Shown here: piece by piece, positions 51,760 through 64,000 of the stretch
Position numbering within the stretch: position 1 is the first letter of the stretch
Layout of the letters: every line of letters begins with the position of its first letter
Assembly: GCA_045837725.1 (NCBI GenBank)
Contig: JBEWZL010000098.1
Span: forward strand, 124,001-188,000
From: Vermamoeba vermiformis
Taxonomy: Eukaryota
DNA length: 64,000 nt
Direction of reading: 5' to 3'
The notes under the pieces: model-generated
Told to the model about the DNA's origin: nothing
Seen by the model: the letters and a program-made list of their open reading frames with translations, nothing else
The model's database searches: none
Made by a program: the position numbers and the translations under genes

Positions 51760-54085
51760 ATGTCACAAGGTTATAGAAAGCTAGCAATTAAACAGTTACC
51801 TAAAACAAGCAAATCTCAGACGCCTGAGGCTAGATATTGGAAGAAGTTCCGCGTAAGTAATATTATTATTATTTATTATTGTTTCTATAATGTGCCATGC
51901 AAGGGACTGAATTTGAGATCAGATCCAGATTCTGATCGTTACCTCCCCGCATTAAATAATTTTAATAAAATAATGTACGCTTCACATATGATTTAATATG
52001 TAATATTAATGCATGTATACGTATTATTACGCGTATTAATAATAATTTAGTTCCCCATCTTGTTGCAACAATTCGGCAGTGTCACACGCGTTGAGTTTTC
52101 ACCAGTGGCCCCGTACGATTTTGCTGTGACAAGTTCTGCTAGAGTAAGTACTAAATATTAGGTCATTTTAAAATATAAATCAAAACGACCGCGATCTGAT
52201 CCACGATGAATCCGATCTGACCAATTTATTTTTAACAGGTTATTATTTATAATTCGAAAACAAATGAACCTAAACAAACCATTACAAAGTTCAAGGTAAT
52301 AAAAGCTACAATCTGCCTATGATCCGCTAATAAAAACCAAATTAGGAAACTGCGTTTGGCGGATCCTTCAGACAAGACGGTCAATTAATTGTTGCTGGTG
52401 GTGAAGAAGGCATTATTAGACTCTTCGACGTCGCCAAGAAACATCAACTGCGAACATTCACTGGTCACACTGAGTACGTGCAGATCTGTGTTTATTCCTC
52501 GTAATAGACGCTAATATTACTCCACAGCGCCGTTCACGTAACGAGATTTTCAATGAACAAAGATCACGTGATGTCGGGAGGTGACGACGGCACAGTGCGC
52601 TGCTGGGACGTGTCAACAGGAGAGGCAGTCGCAGTGCTCGGAAAACACGACGATCGAGTGCGCGCAGGAGTGACGAGCCCCGCCAGTCCTGATGTGTGGG
52701 CCTCAGCTGGCTACGACAACAAGATCCGCGTGTGGGACGTGCGCGCCAAGTACGTGCCAATCGATCCGTCGTCATTAGTGACACTAGTACTGACATATAT
52801 GATCACCAATCAGGGAGTGCATTAAAGTGCTGGACCACGGCCATCAAGTCGAAGATCTGTTGTTCTATCCGTCAGGCGGTGTGCTCGTGTCTGCTGGTGA
52901 CAATGTCGTCAAGGTCTGGGACGTGTTGGGTGGCTTCAACGTGTTGGAAACATTGACCGCACATCAAAAGACTGGTGAGTAAATAATTGATGGTTGAGTA
53001 TTATTTGCAGCCCTTGACATCTATTGCGCAGTCATGTCCCTCGCACTCGACAGCACGCGCACTCGTCTGTTCACGGCTGGTGCCGATCAACTCGTCAAGA
53101 TTTACGACACAACGAGCTACAAAGTGACGCACACCATTAAATATCAAGCGCCTATTATGTCTATTGCTGTATCTGTAAGTAGCTCTTCATAGATTGCTTG
53201 CCGTCATATCTAACGTTCATTCCAGCCCAACAACACGCACTTGATCACTGGTATGAGTGACGGCACTTTGTCCATTCGACACCGCGTTGTAGATGTCAAT
53301 GAAGAAGCTGCTCAAGCCAAAGAAGATCCGCAATACAGTACGTATCAACATTGACACGTGTCATTTAAATTAACCTTCACATGACAGATGTCACCAACTG
53401 GCGCTATTACATTCGAGGTCGAACAGAAACACCCGGAGAGGACGATTTGACGATTGAAAAGAAGCGAGCACAACGATTACAGCCCTACGACAAATATCTG
53501 CGAAAGTTCAATTACCGAGAGGCCTTGAATGCAGCGCTGCAGTCCAAGCAAGTCGTGGTGATTGTGAGTCTGTTCGAAGAATTCATTCGTCGCAAATCAG
53601 TCAACACAGCGATCTCTGGCTTGAATGAAGTCACTATTCAACCGCTCTTGAACTTCTTGACGCGATACATTATTGATCCCAAATACTCCAAGACACTCGC
53701 TGTCATTTCAAATTTTGTTTTAGGTACGTGATATTACGACCTGTTCTATGAACTTGACGATACTAATTTGCGTGCCACAGATGTTTACAGCAAAGTGCTG
53801 GGCCAATCAAAGATGGTTGACGACATGATGTTGAAGTTACAACAGCGCGTGCAAGCTGAAGTCAATTTAGAAAAGAATTTGCACGGTCTGTTGGGCGTGA
53901 TGGACTTGATTATGGCTTCGAACTCCACTTCACTGCGACGAGTGGCCACGCACGACATTAACGAATACAAACTTGACAACAACACTGCCGACAACAACGA
54001 CAAATCTGCGAGCAATACTGAAGTTAACAACACGATAAACGACGTTATGGAAGAGGATACCGAAGACAAAATGAATCTGTCGTAA
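51760..54085 (+). CDS. UTP15: U3 snoRNA-associated WD40 protein Utp15
   Basis: TPEARYWKKF, FSPVAPYDFAVTS, WD40 repeats (SGGDDGTVRCWD, AGYDNKIRVWD) and the UTP15 C-terminal domain (LQPYDKYLRKFNYREAL). Confidence 0.92.
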
Positions 54086-54126
54086 AATAAAAAACAAATC
54101 TGTTCAATTAATTACAATTTACTGCG

Positions 54127-55306
<1,180 letters not shown>

Positions 55307-55430
55307 TATAGTTGTGTTAGTCTTGCAGTCAAGCTGTGTTAAAATAGAATGTTTTTTCGCCTAGAAGATTCGAAAGGTTCGATACGGAGAATTCTAGATT
55401 CCCATCGGCAGTTGTGGTGCAGCAACGAAT

Positions 55431-57485
55431 TTATTGGACTAAACACCGAGATGGGTGGGTTACTTCAGCAGCGTTAAATATCTCCCCACTAGGACCGTTG
55501 GCGTACGAGCAGCTGCCCCAACTGCCCGCGGTGCAATGGATACAAATGCAATTGCCGCCATACGCCTCAGTGCCCGCATCAATGTCGCGCTGTGCGTAGA
55601 ACTTGTCCCACTCCTCCGTGTTCAATACGTAGTGATTGCCGCCGCAGTGAGGACACGCGTACATCATGCGACTGACCTTCTCGGTGTAAATAGCGCGGAA
55701 GATCATCTTCCAGTTCGGGTGTGGTGCTGACATGGCCGCTTGATGTGCCTCCAAGTCCTCGTCGCGCCAACAGCTTAGCACCAATCTCTTCCAGTCTGCC
55801 GAGTGCGCTGCACCTTTGCACACGGTTTCAAATGCAGCGAGAGTAATGTGATCGTCAATGTGCCCCGAAATCAAGTGCCACACGTCATGGGGTATCGAGA
55901 CTGCAGCAATAGTGTGCGTGAAATTAGTGGGCAACATCACGTGTCTGTCAAAGAACTCTTCAATGTGGTCCAACGCCCACACAATAGCGATGTTGTTGCA
56001 GGTACTGTGCTGGAGTTCTGCATCGCTGGCAATGGGTGCCTTGCGCTGTGGCACTGATAGGACTGTTAGTACTAGTTAGAGATTGCATTCCACTCCGCTT
56101 ACACTCGTGTTTGATGTATTGATAGAGCTCAGTGTCCAGAAACGGCGTGTCGTACTCATGATCTCCGAAGTAGCCATAAATTTTAGTTTGAAGCTCTGGC
56201 GAATGGTAAACTAGAGAGTAGTCAGTTCGATTGATCGTATTCAACTGCCTTGCAATCAACTATAATTACCTGATTTGGTATAAACGCAGTGTGTCTTGGT
56301 CAGAAGTGAGTTCAATTGGTCGCGCCAAATGACTGGCACTGATTGCGTGAAGAAGGCTTCGAGCGCTAGTTCCGCTGCTCGTTGTGCGCCGTAGCTGGAA
56401 TCAATCACGTGTTAGCTGCATGCAATCAGTGTTAACAGTACTTACGCGCTGAAGTAACGCTCGAGCAATGTCAGTTGTTCTTCAATGATGACCTTCTTCT
56501 GCACATCAGTGGCCAGCAAGAACTTGGTTCTGTCAATTTTGATGCCGGTCAACGGAAAGTCAATGCAGTTCTGATCACCAGTGTTGTACTGTTCAAATGC
56601 GCGGGAAATATATCCTGCAGTCTTACCTGCACAATCAACCATTAGGACATCAATCGGTACTCGCCTTAGTACTTACATTCTTTGTCCGAGACCAGTTGTT
56701 TTCTGAAGATGCGCTTGTAATGCAAGCACCGCGCGAGAGTTTCACGAGCACGCAAGTCCACCAATTGACGCACGTCTTGCTTTTCAAACAACTGGTCGAA
56801 GGTTCTCAACTTCATGTCTTTCTTGATCGCAACCATGTGACGAACTACAACAGTTCATTATTGTTATTGTTAGCAACACGATCAGAAATAATAGTGGCAC
56901 CTACTATTCTTATTCCAGTGCACAGGGAAGAAGCAAGTGGAGTACTTGAGAGCCAACAAAGCGCTCTTTTCAGCAGATTGCAGCTTAATTTGACCCACAC
57001 CAAAGTAGTTTGTAGTGTACTGACGCCAGTCCTTCACGATGAATTTGTCGGTGTAAAGCAGTTGATTGCTGGCGTAGTTCTCAACGAGTTCTAATTCCAA
57101 CATTTGGCCGGTAAGCAGTCTTCCAGTGATTTTAGGGAATGGACCGCCCTGCACATTCAGCCATGAAAATTGATCGTAGTGATCTGTAATTACAATTTTT
57201 AGCAATTATTATGGAAAATTGACACTTCTAAAATATAGGTAGCCTTTCTAGTGGTTATTTTAACAATTAAATAATTTAATTTTAACTGAGAACTTTAAAG
57301 TCTTTGTCTAGACGTTTTTCGCTTCTGAACATACGATCCACAAAAGTGACCAAACTGCTGTGAGGAATAATTAAATCCCAGTCTTTAGACGATGTGGCGA
57401 AATTGCCTTCGAAGGCACGCGAGCCGATTAACAAAATAGGCGACGCTTGGTCTTCGATTGTCTTTCTGTGCTTAACGTAATCCAT
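55431..57485 (-). CDS. Phage-like nucleotidyltransferase-fold protein fused to F-box-like motif and Cys-rich Zn ribbon
   Basis: Seven-exon model. N-terminal LLIGSRA...KDWDLII, then LLALKYS..FPVHWNKNIRH and KFLL..VQKKVIIEEQLTLLERY. The C-terminus has IPHDVWHLISGHIDD..TL..FETVCK and CPHC...CICIHC. Confidence 0.65.
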
Positions 57486-57812
57486 CTTTTGTTGTTAGTT
57501 TAAAAACAGCGAGCAATGGTTGTTGTATTTAAAGCTTGGCTAGGCAACTTTTATTTGAATTGAACCGCACAAAATACGAACTGCCAGAAAAAAATCCGAA
57601 CCACACAACGATCACGGTCTTTCCGAGAAGCTTCCTGAAATGGACATGCTACAGAGCACCGGCGAAATGTGACGAACGGAACACCGAATCACTGCGGCAC
57701 TTTGTGAATTTTACCGTTCCGCCCTTTATTACCCGTTTCAATGCATCTTCTTGCATTTATAATCCACCTTTCTAACCCAGTACCACAATAAGCAAGACCC
57801 CTAACAGAACTT

Positions 57813-58397
57813 ATGGAGCACCACAACGCCGCAAGTGTCAAACGAGTTGGAGTGATCATTGGTAGCTCTCGGCCAACACGCAATGGTCACCTGATTGTTG
57901 ACTGGATCCTGAGCGAGATCCAAAGCAAAAACGACGCAATGAGCTTTCACATAATTGACTTAGCAGTGTGGAACTTACCGATGCTAAATGAGCCGGACAT
58001 CCCAGCGCACGGAAAATACTCACAGCCGCACACGATCCGATGGAGTGAAGAGATCAAATCGTACGACGCCTTCATCTTCGTAACACCCCAATATAACTGG
58101 GGCTATCCCGCTGTGCTCAAGAACGCACTCGACTATTTGTACACTGAATGGAACGCTAAGCCTGCTATTGTCATCAGCTACGCACATCGTGGAGGTGGTA
58201 AAGCAGCCGCACAACTGCGACAGGTGATTGAAGGTGGACTGAAGATGAATGTAGTGCAGACCATGCCTGAGATTGTGTTTAAAGAATCCATGCTCGATGA
58301 ACACCGCCACATTAGCACGCCTGGCACGCACTTCGCCCCTTCAGTGCCTGCCATTAATAGCGCCATCGAAGAGCTTAAAAACAAGTTGTTCAAATAA
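57813..58397 (+). CDS. NADPH-dependent FMN reductase (flavodoxin-like, ChrR/SsuE/Lot6 family), intronless
   Basis: IIGSSRPTRNG, FVTPQYNWGYPAVLKNALDYL and EWNAKPA..ISY..RGG. Confidence 0.93.
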   Translation: MEHHNAASVKRVGVIIGSSRPTRNGHLIVDWILSEIQSKNDAMSFHIIDLAVWNLPMLNEPDIPAHGKYSQPHTIRWSEEIKSYDAFIFVTPQYNWGYPAVLKNALDYLYTEWNAKPAIVISYAHRGGGKAAAQLRQVIEGGLKMNVVQTMPEIVFKESMLDEHRHISTPGTHFAPSVPAINSAIEELKNKLFK

Positions 58398-58550
58398 ATT
58401 TACTACCACTTTATCCACGCGCTGCCCATGATCCTTTGTTGCCACATCACCTCCGTTGTAGCAGTTAGGTGAACGAATCTTCTAACTCCTCTCGCAGCGA
58501 ATCCACTTCTGTATGATAGAGCGACTCTGTACTCCAGACATTTGAGAGCA

Positions 58551-60780
58551 CTATTCTGATCTTGTCGGACCTCTGGGCTGTAACAAATTCTTCATGTACT
58601 CGTCGTGGCCGAACATGATAGAGATGTCGTCAATCAACTCGCGCAAGTCACGCTGTTGTGCCGCCAGTGCCTTTTGCATAGCCAGCCATGTTTGTCGCAT
58701 TGACACGAGATTGTTCACTCGAGCTACCAAGTCCATTGGTTGGAAGGGTTTGGCAAGGTAATCTTGCGCACCAGTCATGAGCATATTCACTTTGAGCTCG
58801 TCGTCAGCTTTGGCGGTGAGCATGATGATCGGGATAGCATCTAGTTCGCGACGAGATCGTATCTCCCCGACCATTTCATCTCCTGACATGCGCGGCATCA
58901 TGACATCTGTCACGACACAATCGGGAGTGTGATCAATGACACGTGCCAAGCCTTGCTCTCCATCGAACGCTGAAATGACTCGGAAATGTTCTTCGAGAAT
59001 GCTGGCTATGAATTGATTCATCGTCGGATTATCTTCGACTACCAACACTAATGGCTTCGTTTCTTCTGCTTGAAGAGATGCAATGTCATTCGACTTAACA
59101 GGAGCTGTGTGAGATGACAAGTCTGACACAGCTTGTCGGGCAAAGTCCGCAATGCGAGAGCGCATGTCCGAGTTACTCGACAGATTGCCTCGATTCACGA
59201 CAGCATTGACGACATGAGCACCCTCAGGGGCAGTGCGCGGGAATTGGATCTTCAACAGTGCCCCACCGAGTGACGTGCTGTGCGCGACCTCCACTTGACC
59301 GTTGTGCAGTGTCACTAACTCTTTCACGATAGCCAGACCAAGGCCAGTGCCGCCGTAGTTGCGTGTTGACCCTCCTTCGCCTTGTTGAAATCTGTCAAAT
59401 ATGACTTTCCAGAGCTCTTCTTTGATACCAGGTCCGGAGTCCTCCACGATGATTTCGATCAGTCCTCGAGGTCTACTCTCGCTTGGACCCTCGTGATTGA
59501 CTGAAACGAGCACGTGACCACCTTCAGGAGTGAATTTGAATGCATTCGAGAGTACATTGAGTAAGACACGTTCAACTTTGTCTGCATCCACTTGTGCAGT
59601 CCACGAGCCCTCCACATTGACTTCAAATGTCATCAAACGATTAGACGCTTGTAATTCGAAGTGAGCACAGACTCGGTGAATCAGTTCAGGGAAGTTGAGC
59701 TCTGAATAGCACAACTCGACTCGTCCTGCTTCCAGTTTTGAGATGTCGAGCAAGTCATTTACGTGCTGCATGACGTCAGTATTAGTAAATGACGGAAATT
59801 CTTAGTTTAGGCGGAATAATTATTCCAAAACGCAACTATACCTTTAAAAGGGTGTACGAGTTCATAACAACCGTTTCCAAATTCTTTTGTAATGTTGCGT
59901 CTTCGCGAACTTGTGGCAAGTCGAGCATCTTTTCAACAGGACCAAGAATGAGAGCGAGAGGTGTTCTAAGCTCGTGACTTACATTGGCGATAAATTGACT
60001 TTTTAACTTGTCAAGTTCCTGTCAGTGGTACATTAATACGAAATCGAATCAAATCACGATTGATTCAACTAATTTCGCTATTATACTCGTTGGTAGTTCT
60101 TAACATCTCAATAAATCGAAGCAAGCCGAAAAATAGAGCTCCACTCCGAAAATAAATTTGTGTAATCGGATGTGCTTGTGATAGGTACCTTGACACGTTC
60201 GTATAATGTTCTCAGCTCTTGATTTTTTTGCACTACTTGTGCCTCGGCAATTTTCTTCTCAGTAATGTCGCGACCTTCAGCCAACAAATACAATACTTCA
60301 TTCTTCTCGTTTAGCACTGGACTAAGCGAGAAATCAACTGTAATGATCTCCTCGCCGTGATTGCGCCCCCACGCATCGGCTTCATAGCGGACAAATTGCT
60401 TCGTTTCTATTGCTTGGTAAATTGCTTGGCGTAACTGCTTTGGCGTCTCAGGGTTAATATCCCACCAGTGAGTCTCCCTAGTATTGTATTAATTTTGATG
60501 GTTCACCGCAGCAAGTACACGTGCAGGCTTACCAAAAGAGCTTCCCCACCACATCTGACAACTCCAGGCCTGCTCCCCTGAGCGCAGGCAAGTTTGAAAT
60601 CAATACTCTTCCGTTAACTCCAATTAAAGAAACAAATTGATACATGTGGTCTAAAACGACGCTTGCATAATGCTGCTTCGCTTGTAAACCGATCGCGTCC
60701 TCGGCAGCTTTACTTTGACGCAACCGTCGTATCTCTTCGATCAATTCATCCCGTGACTTATTATCGAAATTATCGTCCAT
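58551..60780 (-). CDS. Hybrid histidine kinase PAS-HisKA-HATPase-REC, TodS/StyS-like
   Basis: Four exons. PAS ([33 protein letters not shown]), H-box [11 protein letters not shown] boxes (NAFKFT, DSGPGI, GTGLGL) and receiver (VEDN..VTDVMMP..LTAK..KPF). Confidence 0.92.
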
Positions 60781-61079
60781 TGTGTTGGTGTTGTGCGGAG
60801 TTTAAAAATAAATGTCAAAAGTAAAAAGTTTAGTTATTGCAACCTTCTGAAAGTTGCTTGTCAATTCTGTGTGCTACGAAATAATCCGTAGGGTAGGGAA
60901 AGGCTCACATAATGATTGTGTGCTATAATATGTGGTAGGAAAACATTGCCCGTCGAGATCCAAGAGTTGTGTTTTCTTATTGCATATTTATTTAAATCAC
61001 AAACAACTAAAACGATTTAAATTGTTTTCTCCGCACTAATTTTAGTTATTATAGAATTATTTTCGCGTTAGTATTCATT

Positions 61080-62455
61080 TTAAGCAAGTTCAACTTCAGC
61101 ACCGATGGCAGTCAGATCCTTCTTCCACTCCTCGGCTTCCTTGGCTGGCAGACCAGAAGCAATAACTTTAGGCAAGTCCTCCACGAGAGGCTTGGACTGT
61201 AATTGCAAAGTGTCGTTAATAACAATTATTACTATAATTGGTTATCAAAATGAAACGGTGGTAAATCACTGCAAAACGAACAAACAGCGAGTGCAGCAAA
61301 CGAGTTACTGGCACAATAAGAGCTCATGAAGCAACACTTACGTCCATGAGGGACATGCCGGGCTTGAGTCGTCGAATCTCCTTCAATACGGTGAATTTAG
61401 CTCCGTCCTTGAACTTGAGCAATTTAACGTCGAATTTAGACTGTTGAGGACCCCTGTAACAAATGCACCAGTCAGTACACTGCGCACACTCCATGCATCG
61501 AGGGCTGCGCGACATTCACGTGTGTCACGTGCACAGAATGCGCTACGTACTTGGCATCCTTGGCGTCCTTCTTCTCAGCAGCGGCGTCCTTGGCAGGAGC
61601 GGCATCAGCTTGAGGAGCTTGAGCGGCAACAGGGGCAGCTTGAGCTGTATAGGAGTGCAGTTAGTATTGAGTACTCGTAAGGCTTCAAGTGGTGTTGGTC
61701 GTTCGAGCTATAATTGGACTCGTGTGCGAATGACTCGTACCTGGAGCAGCGCTGTACATTTGAGGTGAAACACCAGTTCGCTTTTGAAGCTCGTTGCCTA
61801 TTAAAAAAATAAATATTAGACCGTTGTGGATCGGTGGTAGACTGAGTTCAGCAGATTTGTCCGTTTCTTGAGATCGCGCGGTTCATGGTGCCTAATTCAT
61901 GCATAAAACACATAGAAAAAATATGTAAAAATTGTATGCCGATATTACATTTTTAAACCGCGCGATCTCTCCTCAGATTCGAATGCAATCCAAGCTTACC
62001 AAAAGCAATCATTTCAGCCATAGTAAGTTGCATCAACTCGTCCACAAGTTTAGATACACGAGGAGAAACACCGACTTCGTTAGGGTTGCTAGATGGGGGC
62101 ACTACGCTGTCCAATCCATTGGGCTTCATATCAGCAGCCAATTCTGACAAAGGTGTGCTGTGTGGTGAGTTGCTATATAATCTTGTGCTTGTGGCAGCGA
62201 ATAGGCTGTGGAGGTAATAAGCAAGGTTAATACGATTTTTTTTAATCCAGCTAAATAATTAAAATATTGTAATAATTTATAGCAGCCTCCATTCCAATTG
62301 ATAATCCGTATAATTAATGTCCGTCCATAAAATAACACTGTGGTATATTTTTCAAGCGCTAATAGTACAAACCTGACAGATTTGTTTGATTTGAATCCTT
62401 TCTTTTGGCATCGAGCCACTCGCTTAGCGGAGGTTGAAACAATACGATTTAACAT
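61080..62455 (-). CDS. MRPL12: Mitochondrial ribosomal protein L7/L12
   Basis: Arg/Lys-rich presequence, KLVDELMQLT, Ala-rich hinge, FDVKL..F...KFTVLKEIR and LVEDLPKVI....KEAEEWKKDL...GAEVEL. Confidence 0.92.
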
Positions 62456-62640
62456 TATTCGATATATTAACAAAATTGGTGGGCCTCCTCCGCAGGGAAT
62501 AACAAAAAATAACAGCGCTATGGTCGCAGGGCAAAATTCGACACACGGGCAATAAAACGAAAAATTTCTGACGTCAGGACCATTAATTATTTTCAATTTC
62601 AATCAGTAATCCACATATAGAACCTAAATAGTTCGGTAAA

Positions 62641-64000
62641 ATGGGCATTTGCAAGTGTAAAAAACGAACAGATCTGTTTTGCTTCAATCACAAAAAACCT
62701 GTTTGTGAGAGCTGTATTCTCGAAGGTCATAAGCTGGTAATTATCCCAAAATTATACAATACACAAATTAACTACAAACGAGTGAAAATCTATCGCCTAT
62801 AATTATTACGAATATTTTTCTAATTTTGATGGAATTTTGAAGTGCCATATCAGAACGTACAAAGATTGGCTTCAAGACAATGAATTTCCTCCACCAGCGT
62901 GCGGGTTATGCAAGAAACAATTAGACGAGAGTGAAGCGGACAATGTTATTCGATTTCTGTGTCTCGGTGAGTAATTTCAATTTGCTCTTTTTCACATAAT
63001 TTCATGCTAAACACAATACTAGATATGTTCCATATGAAATGCATCGATGATTATGGATCTAAGATGCCAAACAACACAGCCCTCGCAGGCTTTGGTTGCC
63101 CTACATGTGGCGTAAGTTTCTAGTGGCACAATATTCGTCGATGTATTAACAATGTTCTGCATGTCAACAGACTCCATTCGTGCCTGCTTCCGTCGAGCCA
63201 TCGCCACTCGTGTCAGATATTATTAGTCGACTCAACAACTTCACTTGGATAAACACAATGCTGCCGCAGGTACGACGAGTCATACCTCGTTGTGTTGATG
63301 AATATAGGACTAATCTTTGGCCCTCATAATGTAGCTGCCATCAGCTCCGAGCAGTGTCAATGGCACACCAGTCAAGTTCAACGATTTTGTACCCGCTGAA
63401 GGCCAATCACCCTACAAACACGCAACATCGCACTCAGCCACACCAAACATCAAACCCAATACTAAAAAGTACGTGTTGTCATATCTACGTTGGTTCATGC
63501 GGCGATTAACGTATTCAATTGCAGCTTTAATGAACTGAAAGACGGCAGCGGTCCGATTGATCCGATTGGAGTCAGTGTCGCGAGCAGAAAACACAATCAA
63601 GTACGTACAATATTGACAATGGTCTTCTTTGGTACTACGTTACTAACTTGCGTCATTATCCATCCAGCCTTCAGCCTCAGCAGTTGATCCAGAGAGTGGG
63701 TTACCAGAGGGCCAGGACGATGACGAAGACAAGTACAGAAAAAAGAGCGTGTGGCGCATGTTTGAGGCCATGGGCTTAGTGTAAGTATCTCGTCTACTAG
63801 TCCACGAGAGCTATTCTAGCAGTACCACCAGCATCGCTAATCAATGGTTTGTTTCAGTGAACGAGCAACAGTCAACGGACAACGAACACGCGAACTAAGG
63901 CTGAGCAAGTCACGCCTGTTATTGCTCTTCGTGCTAATTGCTATAGTTATGTCAATAATATATGTTTCATCCAACCTCGGCAAGGGTGGAGTCACTAAAG
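62641..64000 (+). CDS. ZFPL1: Zinc finger protein-like 1 (Golgi), runs off window end
   Basis: MGICKCKKRTDLFCFNHKKPVCESC, RTYKDWLQD, RING CGLC..CLDMFHMKC..CPTC, DEDKYRKK and a TM segment near the window end. Confidence 0.9.

Larger units (their letters stand above)
4611..53363. repeat. Dispersed 12-bp palindrome TGACACGTGTCA
   Basis: Perfect copies start at 4611, 14337, 17631, 28761, 39268, 50530 and 53352, with an 11/12 copy at 8438. Confidence 0.85.

Noticed and set aside
55431-60780. Bacterial contamination or prophage
   Set aside because: The genes contain canonical spliceosomal introns and are contiguous with eukaryotic QPRT and MRPL12. No virion or integrase genes are present.

Overview
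Gene-dense, intron-rich eukaryotic DNA with short GT-AG introns and AT-rich intergenic regions. An SH2-containing TKL kinase (Shk type) suggests an amoebozoan, which is an inference. I reconstructed about 28 spliced genes by hand. Housekeeping genes are TPS/TPP, ERD2, URI1, LENG8/THP3, PSF2, UTP15, QPRT, mitochondrial L7/L12 and ZFPL1. The most notable accessory genes are: (1) one 6.4-kb gene joining DEP, PB1, a TKL kinase, a lectin-like beta-propeller and an intact metallophosphoesterase; (2) an intron-containing TodS/StyS-like PAS hybrid histidine kinase next to an intronless FMN reductase; (3) a phage-like nucleotidyltransferase-fold protein fused to an F-box-like motif and a Zn ribbon; (4) a rifampicin phosphotransferase/PigC-architecture dikinase; (5) two serpins with NLS-like tails, plus a PD-(D/E)XK-like gene lying between a dead serpin exon copy and the intact serpin. 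A 12-bp palindrome, TGACACGTGTCA, recurs mainly in introns. Family assignments come from motif recognition and recall, not database searches, and splice models need RNA confirmation.
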